Shown piece after piece: positions 1 through 14,050 of a stretch of 64,000 nt of DNA. The DNA comes from Eledone cirrhosa (Eukaryota), in contig OZ024741.1 in assembly GCA_964016885.1 (NCBI GenBank), positions 229,648,001-229,712,000 on the forward strand, read 5' to 3'. Numbering within the stretch: position 1 is the stretch's first letter; each line of letters opens with the position of its first letter. The position numbers and the translations under genes are program-made. Below the pieces are notes generated by a model. The model was not told the DNA's origin. It did not search any database and saw nothing but the letters and a program-made list of their open reading frames with translations.

Positions 1-2365
1 AGACATTTTAAAAGAACATGCTAATTATTATAACGCAGCATTACATAGGGCTGGACACAAAGAAAAGCTACAGTTTATAACAGATAAGGACAACACAAAC
101 AAACCCATTAACACCAACACCAACCGCTCATACAAAAATAAAGGTAACTGGACTAGACATAGAACTAAGCAAGTAGCACCTAGAGTAGGAGGACTGAACA
201 CGAATAATGGAAACCCTAGAAACTATAGAAGAACTAGAGAAAGAAAATACCTATGGTTTAACCCGATCTTCAACTCCTCTATAACAACTAAACTGCCTTC
301 TACGTTTTTTAAACTAATAGATAAGCACTTCCCTACATCGCATAGATATCATAAAATCTTCAATAGAAAAACTATAAAACTTTCATACTCTACTGCTGCC
401 AACATTGAATCGCACATACGCAAGATCAACCACAAGAATACTTCTAGGAAAGCTATCCCACCTATACGCAACATAGCACCAAACACTAAACAAACACATT
501 ACCGTATCACAACCACAAACGCACAGGAACACACCACAGCAAAACTTCAATAGGCATGAATCACAACCCACATATAACATTTTTCAAAACCGCAATGTGA
601 AAGCTGCACGGAATAATACTTCAAACTGCAATTGTCACCTACCAGATAAGTGCCCATTAGCGAATAGCTGTCTTGATTCTGGCCTAGTGTACATGTGTAC
701 TGTAAACTCGGGCAACTCCACTTGGCACTACATTGGATCCACCGCGGGTGTTTTTAAAAAAAGATGGTATGAGCACAGACATTCAACGAAGAACCGTGCA
801 CTGGTAAATTCTACAACCCTCGCCAATAAAATCTGGCAACTTAAGGACAAAAACCTTGATTACAATATTAGCTGGTCGAAATTAGCGGCTGCTAAGGCCT
901 ATAGCAGCGGTATGTCCTATCGCGGGCTCTGCAACATTGAATTGCTACATATGTTAAGCAACGATAAGATGCTACTCAACGGCAAAATAAAAAGGTCAAT
1001 TTTCTGCAGATATAGGATTGCTACAAAATTCGCGAGATTTAAACCACCGTGATTCCCAACCAGCAACCCCTATATTAAGGGAAAATCACTTAGCATTCAA
1101 CAGATGAAATCCACATTCTCACACAGCCCACTACAGAACCATAATCTTCTATAAACACCTTCTGGCCTCCCTAAATCTATACCACTAGGATGGGGCAGTA
1201 ATGTCTACAACTATCTTAATAAGCCCATAAATCAATCCCATTTGCTGTTGTTTACTCCTTCGGACCAAACAATTATATCTACGTATCTCACATTAGCACT
1301 CATGATCTCTAACAGATGAACTTAATTCTAAGTACATTATCCTATTACTCTTACACTCCTTGAAATCTTATTTTCCTCTTATTATTATTATTATGATCAT
1401 CTCAATGTATCCCTAATATTATTTATCATGTTCTCTATCTACCATGCATATTTTACTATTTTATTACTTTTATTGTCTCTATTATTGTTGCTATTATTGT
1501 CTTATTTATAGACTATTTGTTATTGATGTTGTGAAAACTAAACCCCCATGATTCAAACTAACAATCGCAACTTTTAGAATAGGCCACTTAAATAACGAAT
1601 CTACAACTTCACTTAACACCACATAAAAACTATATATTTCTTTGCAGCCACACTATCATTCTGACTAAATTAATACAACGAAAATGTTTATCTGTCAAAC
1701 AATAAATAAATCTCCGGTGTATTGTCAGCGTGCCTTCAGACCTACAGCAAACGCTTATACCTCATAAATCCGCTTATACCTCATACATTTTATCAGTTAT
1801 CTCTTCACCACCTTAACACTACATCTAATGTACCCTATAGGAGTTTTCACATGTCAATTTCATATATCTGTATCATATCAGTTCGTTTAATATGCTAGAT
1901 TCATCATTATACTCTATTTCTTAATTATATTGATGTTATTATTTTAACTATTCAGTATCTAGTTATTTTATTATTGATATTATTTTTCTGGTTTAATACC
2001 ACTCCTCTATAAAAGTGTATTTTCTTCACTTTCGCGTACTCTGATGAAAACGACTAGTTATAAACAAAGTATTGGAGATCGATTGACGCAACATCAAGCG
2101 AGTAGCGAACTCTAGACCTACCAGATCAAAGAAACAATTGTCAGCAATGTGAATAAAGCCCTTATTATATAGCAAACCATGTCACTCTTCTTTCTTGAAT
2201 TATTATTACTCCAAGTCTAAACTACATAGAAATCACCGCGAAATAGCAGCATCACTATGGAAACGTCTTGTTGAGTCAAACTAAGCCACACGTTAATACC
2301 ATCCACTACACGGAGTACTCTAACTCGACTAAATGGACTGCCTATAACGATAACCTGTTATCCCG
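1..2365 (+). mobile_element. Penelope-like element (Naiad-like), 3' part: decayed post-RT region, GIY-YIG endonuclease, long 3' UTR ending in (TA)n
   Basis: ORF 597-1052 has CNC-x5-CPL-x3-C..LVY..YIG.T..FKKRWYEH, a PLE GIY-YIG signature. Upstream WFNP and LIDKHFP..HKIFNRKTIKLSY motifs are in disrupted frames. The 3' end abuts (TA)n at ~2366. Confidence 0.85.
597..1052 (+). pseudogene. GIY-YIG endonuclease domain of a PLE (C-terminal remnant)
   Basis: CNCHLPDKCPLANSCLDSGLVY...HYIGSTAGVFKKRWYEHRHS...LCNIELL motifs. Confidence 0.85.
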
Positions 2366-2520
2366 TATATATATATATATATATATCGGAAAGGTACAGG
2401 AAAAAAGAGTGCTCTATGTAGGCTATAGAGCTTATTAGTTACATAACTATATATATATATATATATAAATTAATAAAAATAATGAATAAAAACAAAGAAC
2501 AAGTTCGTTATATTAAAAAT

Positions 2521-2657
2521 TCATCATTTTTACGATCGTTTCTAGGATATATATGTGTTTTGGTATGTATATCATATAAGTCTATGTAAAAATATTACAA
2601 ACTATCAGAGGAAATATACATACCTTCACATATATATGCTGTCTTCAGAAATAATGA
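2521..2657 (-). ncRNA. Type I hammerhead ribozyme with a ~99-nt helix II domain (partly decayed)
   Basis: Minus strand: tcattattt-CTGAAGA-[cagcatatatatgtg...cacatatatatccta]-GAAA-cgatcg-TA-aaaatgatga. Stem I pairs, and loop III is palindromic. Confidence 0.65.
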
Positions 2658-4518
2658 TATTTGTTTATTGAAAAAAACCAACAAAGATTTAATATAATAG
2701 GTCTGTTTGGGAACAGGTTTTGAATTGACCAATAGAAAAGTAGTAAGTGGTCAAGTTGATAGAATAGTAGTAGTAGAAATTTAATTTAGGGGTAGAGGAA
2801 TGCAGACTTAAATTTTGAATGGAAAGGATACTTTGAATGAAAAGAATACTTATACGTTAATAACATTACTAGCAATATTCCTAATAATCAGACTAAAACA
2901 CCTAAATCAGTTAATCTAACTAAACCTATATATAATAAATTCACTAATACTAACTCTCTTAGTAAACATCCTGATACATCGTATAAATATAAAAAATAAC
3001 ATCGAAACCGTAATAGACAAGTTACTTGGTATAATGCTCCATTTAATCTACAAATTAAAGATATCCCTAAAACATGTTTACTATTCTAGAGAAAAACTTC
3101 CCGCCAAACCATAAATACCATCAAATTTTAAATAGATCAACTGTCAAAATTTTCCTACTCCATTACCAAAAATATACAACAAAATATAAGTGCGTTCAAT
3201 GCATATAAATGTAAAAAAAACACGAATATACCACCAACACATCAAACCAACCATAATACTAAAATATACCGCAACAAACCACCATCTCCTTCACATATAA
3301 CAAGTCGAGTAAATTCCACACCAAATTTGACTAACTCCCCTGATATAATATTCACGAATGGTTGTAACTGTAGAAACAAAAGAAATTGCCCATTAAAGGG
3401 AAATTGTCTTATTAATAACATAGTATATAAATGTAAAATTAGCACTAAAGACTCAACTTATTCATATATAGGAGCTACTTCTAACCAATTTAAAGTAAGA
3501 TTTAATACTCACAAACATAGTTCTAAAAATGCCGCAATAGCCAATACAACATCCTTAGCTGAAACAATTAATAATTATAGAAAAAGGAATATCGATTATA
3601 ACCTGACCTGGAGTGTGCTCAAAAGGGCCACCCCTTATCAAAATAACAGATATGAGTGTAGATTATGTTCCCAGGAACTTTTTGAAATAATGAAATCTAA
3701 GGATATCCTATTAAATAAGCAACAAGAATTAATTATATCTCGCAATCATAGAAATAGAAGAACTTTCAAATATTATAAACCTAATTAATATACATCTTAC
3801 ACTTATATTTTACATATTATTATTATTAGTTTTTTTTAATTTAGTTAACCTATAATTAGTATTTTACTACAGAGAACTTCATAATTTTATTTCCCTTTTA
3901 CAGCTCTCTTTTCCTAAAATTAATACCTATAAGTAAACATATAAACTATTTTAATTTCCTGTTATGAATCTAGATTCCTTGTAGTCTATATAAGTTTGGT
4001 ATTTCTCACTAATACATTTATCCCAAAATTTTATTTTCCTCGTTTTTAACAACATTCTTTAATAATATCTAACTCTTATTTATCACATCCATATGAATTG
4101 ATATAAATTTATCCCTATAAGTATACCTATCAATCAATTTAATTTCTTGTTATAGATCTAAATTCCTTGTGTTTTAAATAAGATTGATATTTCTCACTAA
4201 CACATTTACCCTAAAATTTTATTCTCCTTCGATTTTAACATTAACATTATTCTTTAATAACATCAATTGTTCGTGTACCTTTCACCGGCTTGACTTCTTT
4301 TCACCCCCAAAGTATTCTTTTCATTCAAAGTATTCATTCCATTCAAAACTTAAGTCTGCATTCCTCTACCCCTAAATTAAATTTCTACTACTACTATTCT
4401 ATCAACTTGAACACTTACTACTTTTCTTTTGGTTAATTCAAAACCTGTTCCCAAACAGACCTATTATATTAAATCTTTGTTGGGGTTTTTTTCAATAAAC
4501 AAATATCATTATTTCTGA

Positions 4519-4630
4519 ATTCCCGCCGAGGTTAACTTTGCCTTTCATCCTTACGGGGTCAATAAAATAAAGTACCAGTAATATACTGGGATAATTGCTG
4601 GCCTTGTGCCAAAAAGTAGAAACAATTATT
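4519..4630 (+). mobile_element. 5'-truncated tRNA-derived SINE inserted into the HHR core of the PLE pLTR
   Basis: cccgccgaggttaactttgcctttcatccttacggggtc...gtaccagt...ggccttgtgcc matches the other SINE copies. ttctgaat occurs on both sides. Confidence 0.8.
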
Positions 4631-4917
4631 CTGAATATATGTGAAGGTATATATATTTCCTCTGATAGATTGTAATATTTTTACATAGATATACATTCCA
4701 AAACACATATATATCCTAGAAACGATGGTAAAATGATGATTTTTTTAAATATAAGGAACTTGTTCTTTGTTTTTATTCATTGTTTTTATTAATTTATCTT
4801 GACTCTGTTTTCCTGTGATTTTCATCGAAAAACTTTTGAATACATCTTCTCTTTTCATGATATTTGGATTACATTGAGTTCTTCATTCGGATTGGACACT
4901 ACCGTATATTTTGGTAG

Positions 4918-4955
<38 letters not shown>

Positions 4956-5179
4956 ATAATAATAAATTTAAAGACTAAAATCCAAAGAGGGCTCGATAAG
5001 GATAAATATATATCAAATATATAAGAACCGTAGAGCAATATTTATTAAAATAACAGATTAAAGTTCAAGCAAAGAATTGCTGCTCTCACCCTTAACGGGA
5101 TCTTCTGAAACTAAAAATATCAATTTGTGAACGCAGAAGTAAATATTTCGAAAACCTTTGCAACCCAAGGAAAACAGGA

Positions 5180-6910
5180 AGACGATACTTTGGTTCGTGG
5201 AGACGTTTCCTGGCAATGAACGAATAAAAAAACGGAAAAAAACGAAGATAATACTTCATTATTTCAACCGTTGAGAACAATTACACGCAAAGACAAAACC
5301 ACGTTTATGGTATAAATGAAGTCGTAGACTAATATTATATTTAGGAACCCGAATGATTCTCAGCTTCAGAGTTAAGAATAATGTAAATAACTTACAGAGG
5401 TTATTGAAATCAACAATAATTAAATATATACATACACGCATCCATAAACCCTACATACGTGCAAACCCGCATACACACACACAAACGCAAAATACACGTA
5501 TACACTTAACCATATACACATGTACCAGTATAAATAATATAATATATACACCAATAACAAATACAAGTAAATATACGTACGAGAAAGTATACGTACCTTC
5601 ACAAAACATAGGGGTTTTGAAGATTTTATTTAGTAGATGTTTGTGTTGAGAATGTGTGTATTTGTGTATCGTATCACAGAAGTCACCATTGAAAGCAATG
5701 TTGTAGAAAATAGCATCTTACGACTTTATAATTGTTTAGATATAATTTATGTACATATTACAACGGTTAGAAGAATGTTTCTTGAGAGGATAGTTAATGT
5801 TTGCAATAAAAATCTTATAAAGGTTTAAATGGCACGCAAGAGATGTTTACCTTCACGGTGTCGAGCTGTAAGAGAGAGAAAGTTTCGAATCGCCGCGGGA
5901 ATCCCCCTCTGGGCGGAAGTCGAGATACACTCTCGTACGCTGGTAATTGGCTGAACTGAGCCAAATAACGTACGGAGAATCTATCCATGAGCCCTCGGAA
6001 TGTAGGTCACTACACAGGTAATGTATACTTACCTATACAAATAAGTAATGGTGTAAACATAAAATATACTTAGCTACCACATCAAGACGTAAATTATCCG
6101 CGTATTGTTCGTACTATCCGTTAGAGTATAATGTGGGGCTGTAATACAGGAAGGTTTTGTGCAATTTATGTTTCACATCTTAAACAAAAAATCTGAGGCA
6201 ATTTCGGCTTGTAAACATAAATTGCATAAAACTTTCCTGTATTACAGCCACACATTATACCCTCACGGATAGTACGAACAATACGCGGATAATTTACGTA
6301 TTGATGTGGTAGCTAAGTATATTTTATGTTTATACCATTACTTATTTGTATAGGTAAGTATGCATTACCCGTATGTTTTGTGAAGGTACGTATACATTCT
6401 CGAACGTATATTTGCTTGTATTCGTTATTGGTGTATATATTATATTATATATACTGGTACATGTGTATATGGTTAGGTGTATACGTGTATTTTGCGTTTG
6501 TGTGTGTATGCGGGTTTGCACGTATGTAGGGTTTATGGATGAGTGTATGTATATATTTAATTATTATTGATTTCAATAACCTCTGTAATTTATTTACATT
6601 ATTCTTAACTCTGAAGCCGAGAATCATTCGGGTTCCTAAATAGAATATTAGTCTACGACTTCATTTATACCATAAACGTGGTTTTGTCTTTGCGTGTAAT
6701 TGTTCTCAACGGTCCACATAATGACGTATCATCTTCGCTTTTTCCCGCTCATTGCCAGGAACGTCTCCATGAACCAACTAAATTGAATATTAGTCTACGA
6801 CTTCATTTATACCATAAACGTTGTTTTGTCTTTGCGTGTAATTGTTCTCACGGTCCAAATAATGACGTATTATCTTCGCTTTTTTCCGTTGATTGCCAGG
6901 GAACGTCTCC
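5180..6910. repeat. Nested inverted-repeat (fold-back) block
   Basis: ~5190-5610 is the reverse complement of ~6370-6780. ~6015-6180 is the reverse complement of ~6210-6370. 6785-6910 is a tandem copy of ~6643-6770. Confidence 0.75.
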
Positions 6911-6942
6911 AAACCGATATTGTTATGCTTTGGGAGGGTCAT

Positions 6943-7524
6943 TCTCAATGTTGAAAATATTTGTATCCACAAATTATTCTAATCTCATAATTTCGACATC
7001 CTTTGTAACTCATATTTGTTATATAAACAATCAATACATACGCAACTTATGAATATATATAGAGATATTTATATACATATAACCTATCCTAATGTAATAA
7101 GATAAAAATACTTACAACCATAATTCTTCATATAATTTATATACAATATTATAACTCATAATATAGGTAACACCCCCCACCCCCAAATTAACGTTATTCC
7201 TTTCTCTTTCTCTTCCTTATCATAATTATTTAAATTTTCCATAGCGTCTAAAATAACGTTTTTTAAGCCCTTTAATATAAACATCATTTGCATACTCATA
7301 TTAATAATTTTAAATATCTGACTTTTCTTTTCTCTTCCCTTCACTTTCCAGGGATAACTTGAACCGTTAAGGTATATTATCCTTGGTCATGTCAAATATT
7401 TATAAAACATTTTGTATTTTATCTGATGATAGATAGCGTACCAAAATTGTTGGTACCCTTGAAATATATATAATAGAATAAATATGGTTTTATAAATATA
7501 GTTTACATTCTTTTAATATCATTG

Positions 7525-7530
<6 letters not shown>
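6943..7530 (+). repeat. PLE pLTR-like segment; left arm of an inverted pair with 14370-14947
   Basis: Reverse complement of 14370-14947 with a few substitutions and indels. Contains an HHR and ends in (TA)n. Confidence 0.8.
7415..7480 (+). ncRNA. Type I hammerhead ribozyme (family B)
   Basis: tattttat-CTGATGA-..gtaccaa/ttggtac..-GAAA-tatata-TA-atagaata. Confidence 0.7.
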
Positions 7531-7599
<69 letters not shown>

Positions 7600-7603
<4 letters not shown>

Positions 7604-10600
7604 TTTTTGTTCACGATCGCCTGTGTTTTTACCTTTATGATTTTTTGTCTTTAATTTTCCTGTGTTTACTCCCCCCTCCCTACGTTTTTCTGTTTCCCTT
7701 CCCCGTCTCTGCCTATCCTTCGCACTCACCCCTTCGTTCACTCCACCCCGCTCCACACCCCTGCCACCCCCTCCTCGCCCAAGCCATCCTCTCCTTCATC
7801 CACAACCTCAACCACAACCTCTTCTCGTTCCTCAGCTCCACCAAAGCCCGCAAGCTACACTCACCCCCCCCCCCCCGGCCCCAGGGCAATTTAGCACCCT
7901 GGACGCCTTCGTCGATGCCAGCCGTAGCGCAGTAAATCGTTTCGACTTCCGCCACCGTTCCAAACGGCACAATATCTCACGGGGCGAACTCCTCGCTCTC
8001 CGCTCCCTCCGTAGCCGAGATGACATCGTCATCAAACCGGCGGACAAGGGAGGCGCCGTAGTGGTGTGGCGCGCGGACCTCTACACGGCCGAAGCCCTCA
8101 GGCAGCTCTGTAACCCCCTCTTTTACCGCCCTCTACCCTCCGATCCCACCCCCCTCTACCAACAACAAGTCTCCTCCACCATCAAAGACCTTATCGTCCC
8201 CTCCCTCCTCCCCCCACTGCTTCCCACCTCATCGTCCGCACCCCCCGCACCCCCACCATCTACTTCCTCCCCAAACTCCACAAACCCGACAACCCCGGCC
8301 GCCCCAGCGTCTCCGCTTGCAACTGCCCCACCGAACTCATCTCCGCCTTTCTCGACTCCCTCCTCGCCCCCCTTGTCACCACCCTCCCCTCCCACATCTC
8401 CGACACCAACCACGCCCTGCGCCTTTTCGACTCCTTCACCTACCTACCCGGCCCACAGCCCTTCCTCTTCACCCTAGACACCAAGTCCCTCTATACAGTC
8501 ATCCCCCACGCCGACGGCCTTCGCGCCCTCAAACACTACCTCGACCTTCGCCCCTCCCCCATTCCCTCCACCCCCACCCTCCTTCGCCTCGCCGAGCTGG
8601 TCCTCACCCTAAATTGTTTCTCCTTCTCGGGTGAGTTTTACCAACAGGTCACGGGGGTAGCCATGGGCACAAGAATGGGCCCGAACTATGCCAACCTTTT
8701 TGTTGGCCATGTTGAGGCCCAAATCTTTGCCCAGTACACCGGCCCCATGCCCGAACTGTACGGTCGTTACATTGACGACTGTATCGGAGCCACGACCCTC
8801 ACCCGAGAACAGCTCGACTCCTTTCTCTCCTTCTGCTCCTTCCACCCCTCCCTCCACTTCACCACCTCTATCTCCACCACCCACGTCCACTTCTTAGACA
8901 TCTCCGTCGCCTTCGAACCCTCCCACCACTCCCTCGTCACCTCCGCCTTCTTCAAACCCACCGACTCCCACTCTTACCTCGACTTCACCTCTTCCCACCC
9001 CACCCACACTAAACACTCCATTCCCTACTCCCAACTTCTCAGGATCCGCCGCCTCTGTAGCGGTGATGCTGACTTCGAGTCCCAGGCCCTTTCCCTAGTC
9101 AGCCATTTCATCCGTAGAGGTTACCCCCCCCCCTCTCTCGTCTACACCGCACTCACCCGCGCCCGTGCTGTCCCCCGCTCCACCACCCTCACCCCACGCC
9201 ACCGCACACCCACCCACCGTCTCCCCTTCCCCATCACCTACCACCCCTCCACCTTACCCCTCCACCGCACCATCCGCCGCCTCTTCCGACGCCTCCAGTC
9301 CGACCCCTCCACCTCTCACATCTTCCCAACCCCACCACTCCCCTCCTTCAAACGCGCACGCAATCTCCGCACCCTCCTCGTCCACAGCTCCCTACCCCCA
9401 ATCCACGCTCTGTTTCCCCCCCCCCGGTTCCTTTCCCTGTTCTAGGCCCCGCTGCAACACCTGTCCCCACATCACCAACACCACCACCTTCCAGGGTCCC
9501 AACGGCCACTCTCTCTCGGTCCGGCATGCCTTCCGCTGCACCTCCTCCAACCTAGTCTACGGACTTATGTCGGACAGACGGGACGTCGCCTGGCGGACCG
9601 AGTCACGGAGCACCTCCGGGATATTCGTCTCGGGGGCAGTTCCCCCATCGCCCGCCACTTTGGTGGCCCTGGACACTCCGCACGCCATCTCACAGTCTGT
9701 GGCCTACTCCAGTGCCACGGAACACCCGCCCATCGCCTTACGGTCGAACAACGAACTATCTTCATCTTACAGACCCACACTCCCCCCGGCCTGAACTCCC
9801 CACCCTTATTCCTTTAGTGTTCGACCGCCCCCTCCCCCCACACTTATCACCCACTAACACCACTAACACACCCCTCCTTTTCACCGCCCACCCCACACTA
9901 ACAATACTAACACCTCCACTCACCCCTTATCTGACCACCCTTCCCCAACTAACATACTAACATCCCTTCCCTCCCCTCTTCTCCTCCTCCCCCCTCCTTA
10001 TCACACGCACACACCCACTGGCACATATATATACACGCGCTCACACTAAAAACACACCCTACTACCACCACTAACCCTCACCCCCACACATCTCACCCCC
10101 ACACCTCCATCCCACCACCCCGCAACTAACCTCACTAACACCCCCTAACCCCAAGCACACGAACACACGCACCCACTTACACCACCCACCCCACACGCAA
10201 CTAACATAACTAACACCCCCAACCCCACGCACACGTACCCGCACACCCTCGTACACCACCAACTCTACACACCCTACCACCACTAACCCCCACTCACACC
10301 TGCATTCAACCCCTCCCCACCTCCCGTATACTAACACCCACTAACACCTCTTCATCAAACTACACACACACCAGTACACCACACTCCCTCCATAGAACCA
10401 CACACACCCTTCTCTTCCCACTCCACCCACACCCTCGCTCCACACTCACTCATCCCACTAACACCCCTACTAATACACACACACACACACACAACCTCCT
10501 CACTCCAACTTTCACACCTACCCATCCTCGCCCCCTACCATTCCACTGACTGCTGCTGTGCCCTCTGGCCACCTCCCAGCACCAACAGACCACAGCACTC

Positions 10601-10999
10601 CCACTGCTGACCACTTCCTGTTCCGCGCGCACCCCACATCTCTCCTCTTCCGACCACCACTTCATGGATTACCCACACGCAAAATTTGACTTACAAACAA
10701 TCTACTGAACATCCTTGGAACTTACCAACTTTTCAACCATCCTCTTGCGTAATCACCTATATAACACACCCGCACACACACCCCCCAAAAAAATTTTTTC
10801 TCCACACGCCACCCACACCCACAACACGCTTAAACCCCACACACCCGTGCTTCCCACCACATATTTACACCCTCAGCCTCCTGATTCCTCTCCCCCACCC
10901 CCCTATCCACACACGCACAGACACTCCGACCCACAAAAACACCCCCACACACACCCCTTCCTGAACATGCAACCCCGTTTTTCCCCCAACCCTTACTTT

Positions 11000-11030
<31 letters not shown>

Positions 11031-11447
11031 CTACACACACACACCACCTTCAGCCTTCCCCGCTCGGACACCCCGTCTCCCTCTCCCCACTCCACCCGCC
11101 ACCGCCCCTACTCACCCCACACCCTTCCACCACCTGTCTACCCCCCTTTTAATTTCAGTTTATTTTGATCATGCCTTTATTTTTAAATTTTCTCATTCCT
11201 TGTATTTTGATCATGCTTTATTTTTATTTTTTATCTTTATTTGTTTTTTTTCATTCGCACCGTTTCCTTTCGCTATATGTCTCTCCACCACTCCCCTACA
11301 CACCTTTTGAACTCTGTTCCCACACACTTCTCACCTGAGGAAGGGCTTATGCCCGAAACGTCGTCCCCCACCTACCCCCCACTCTCCTGAGCGTGAAATT
11401 AATAAACATTTGTTTATTAATTTTTGTCCCTGTTCAAATTTTTCCAT
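7600..11447 (+). mobile_element. PLE (Poseidon/Penelope-like): frameshifted RT and GIY-YIG, C-rich 3' UTR with HHR
   Basis: DIVIKPADKGGAVVV, LDTKSLYTVIP, GVAMGTRMGPNYANLF, RYIDD, FLDI, KPTDSHSYL, CSRPRCNTC and GQTGRRLADR..EH spread over several frames (~7900-9800). Bounded by (TA)n. Confidence 0.9.
11332..11364 (+). ncRNA. Minimal type I hammerhead ribozyme
   Basis: cac-CTGAGGA-a-gggc-ttat-gccc-GAAA-cg-TC-gt, the typical PLE minimal HHR. Stem I is weak. Confidence 0.75.
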
Positions 11448-11606
11448 TATATATATATATATATATATATTGTTATGCTTTGGGAGGGTCATGTTGCCAA
11501 TAAGAAACACACGCACCAGTTGCTTTCACTCCAATTTATTATAAATTAAGTTTATAAATTTCCGGTTGGTTGGTTGGTTCCATAACCGGACGGTTGTTCA
11601 TATATT

Positions 11607-11649
11607 GTCAAAGTTTTTTCGTCACACATTCTGTGACCTCTTCAGTGAC
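11607..11649 (-). ncRNA. Type I hammerhead ribozyme (family D)
   Basis: Minus strand: gtca-CTGAAGA-g-gtcaca-gaatg-tgtgac-GAAA-aaac-TT-tgac. Confidence 0.7.
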
Positions 11650-14050
11650 TGGGGATTCTTTTAATGTGGTGTGTTGTTGTTGTTGTCTCCGTGTATGTTA
11701 TTATTGTTGTGTGTGTTGTTGTTATTGTTGTTTGTGTCTGTGTGTATGTTGTTGTTGTTTCTGAGTATGTTATTATTGTTGATGTGTGTGTGTTGTTGTT
11801 GTTATCGTTGTTTGTGTCTGTGTGTCTGTTGTTGTTGGGATGTGTGTTGTATGTGTGTGTGTGTGCGTATGTCGTTAAACTTAGAAATATTATAGAACAG
11901 TATTGCAAGAAGCAAAATAGAATGGAGGCCCAGCAACTGGGGAAAAAAATCTGCAAATGGCTTTAGGAAGCTCATGCAGAGCTCGCGTAATGGAGAGATT
12001 GCATGCTTTCCAACAGACAAGTCTGGCAGAATGTCGGTTGACCATAAAACGAGCAGTGACCCTGTCACAGGACCACCAACAGGGCCAGTCTGTGGAGCTA
12101 ACATTGCTAGTAACTAAAGACTTTCCTACTTCCTCTCCCTGATCATACGCCCCATCATTGAAATGTCCCCAGATATATGTGACAGCACGGAGGACCTTCT
12201 CAGCAGAATCAACGAAAGTAACCGGTCTAGGGACCTAACAAACTGTATAATAGGTAGTATGGATGTTGTGTCCCTATATCCATCCATTGATGTGGATTTT
12301 GCTGTGGGGAAATGCGTAGAAATGATCAGTGAGAACAATGCTGGGACTCCTACTTAAACTTACCTATAGTAATGATTATCTAGATACATATGACCTTAGC
12401 AACCTGTGCCCTACAAGACCAGCAAGAGGCAGACCACCTACCATTACCCAAGAAAACCCACACAGAAAGATGGAACGGGTGGACTCCCGAAAACCACGAT
12501 GAACTAAAGAAAATGATTGCACATGCGGTGGGGGCCAGTATAAAATTAACCCTTAAAGAACATATGTTCAAATTTAATGGAAAAACATATGCCCAAGAGG
12601 AGGGAGCAGCCATTGGTGTTAGCATTGCAGGTGACATAGCTAACCTATTCATGGTATGGTGGGACAATAAACTTAAGCTTAAACTTAAAGAACAATTATA
12701 AGACAGCAACCTATTAACCCTGATAATGTACTCCCGCTACGTTGATGATATAAACATCGTAGTAAAAACACCCCCACTAGAGAACAGTTAGTAATTAGAG
12801 AAAAACACCATGGAAAGCATCCACCAAATAGCTAACTCCATCCACCAGTGTATTAGAGTTACTATAGACTACCCAAGCAAACACCCCAACCATCAATTAC
12901 CTGTACTAGACACAGAGCTCTGGTTAGAAACCATTAATAACAAAAAACAAATCCTCCATTCCCATTATGCCAAACCCATGACTTCTAAATATCAGATCCA
13001 CCGAAACTCAGCTGTTTCGGATCACACCAAAATCAACATACTGATTGCTGAATTGGTACGGGTGATGAGAAACGTGTCCCGCATGTGCAACCCCAAAGAA
13101 CTAGAGAGACACATACAACACTTCATCCACCGAATGCAGTTCTCTGGTTACAATCAGAGAGATAAAATCAGAGTATACAGAGGAGCCAGAACCAAATGCG
13201 AAAAAAATGGTAAATAATGATACAAATGGGAGCAAATTTTGGAATAGAATAGAAAGAACTAGGAATAAGGTTAATAAATAAACTCATGGTATGATAGCAA
13301 TAAATACCAGAGTGTAATGTTCATCAATACAACCCTTAGAGGTGAATTAGCTTACAAATTTAGAAGGGCCCTAGATAAACATTAACTTAATATTAAGATA
13401 GTAGAAAGACCAGGTACATCCATAAAAACACTTATTAGCAATACATAGCCTTTTCAAAGACCTCCCTGTATAGATAAGAAATGCATAATCTGTAAACTAA
13501 GCCCCCATATTAACTGTAAAACTAGAAATGTAGTATATAGCATAAGATGTACTGAAGGACAATGTAAAAATAAGAATATAGTGTACATAGGTGAGACAGC
13601 TCCTAGTATAGGAGAACGGTTAAATGAACACTGACGAGAACTTCAAGATAAAAAAGAATCATCAATACTCCACCAACATGCTAAAATAGAACATAAGGGC
13701 AAATTAGAGAACATAGAAATAAAAATAGAATCTACATACAGAAAAGACGCAATGTTTAGACAAATCATAGAGGCAATAAACATAAATGAACTCCAACCAA
13801 AATTAAATAGAAAACATGAATGGAATAGCAACATCACAACTTACAATTAAGGACAAAATGAAAACATACACACACATAGAACAAACAACCAACCAGTAAC
13901 ATGTAAATAACCAAACAAATAAACAAATATAAACACACACAGATACCCGGATGTAACACATGCGCAAATTAAGCACACAACACACACAAAAACAATATGG
14001 CGTAGGCCAGAACAAAGGAGGGGCACAAAAAACAAAGAAAAGAATCCCCA

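Larger units (their letters stand above)
2467..4920 (+). mobile_element. 5'-truncated PLE (Naiad-like) with an inverted 5' pseudo-LTR
   Basis: GIY-YIG ORF 3327-3788 (CNCRNKRNCPLKGNC..IVY..YIGAT..FKVRFNTH). ~2467-2830 is the reverse complement of ~4330-4800. Flanked by (TA)n on both sides. Confidence 0.85.

Noticed and set aside
2036-2075. Hammerhead at CTGATGA 2041
   Set aside because: The GAAA box reads TAAA and stem I is unclear; at best a dead remnant
6715-6775. Hammerhead-like ataatgacg...ggaacgtc in the fold-back block
   Set aside because: The core is too degenerate and the helices cannot be established by eye
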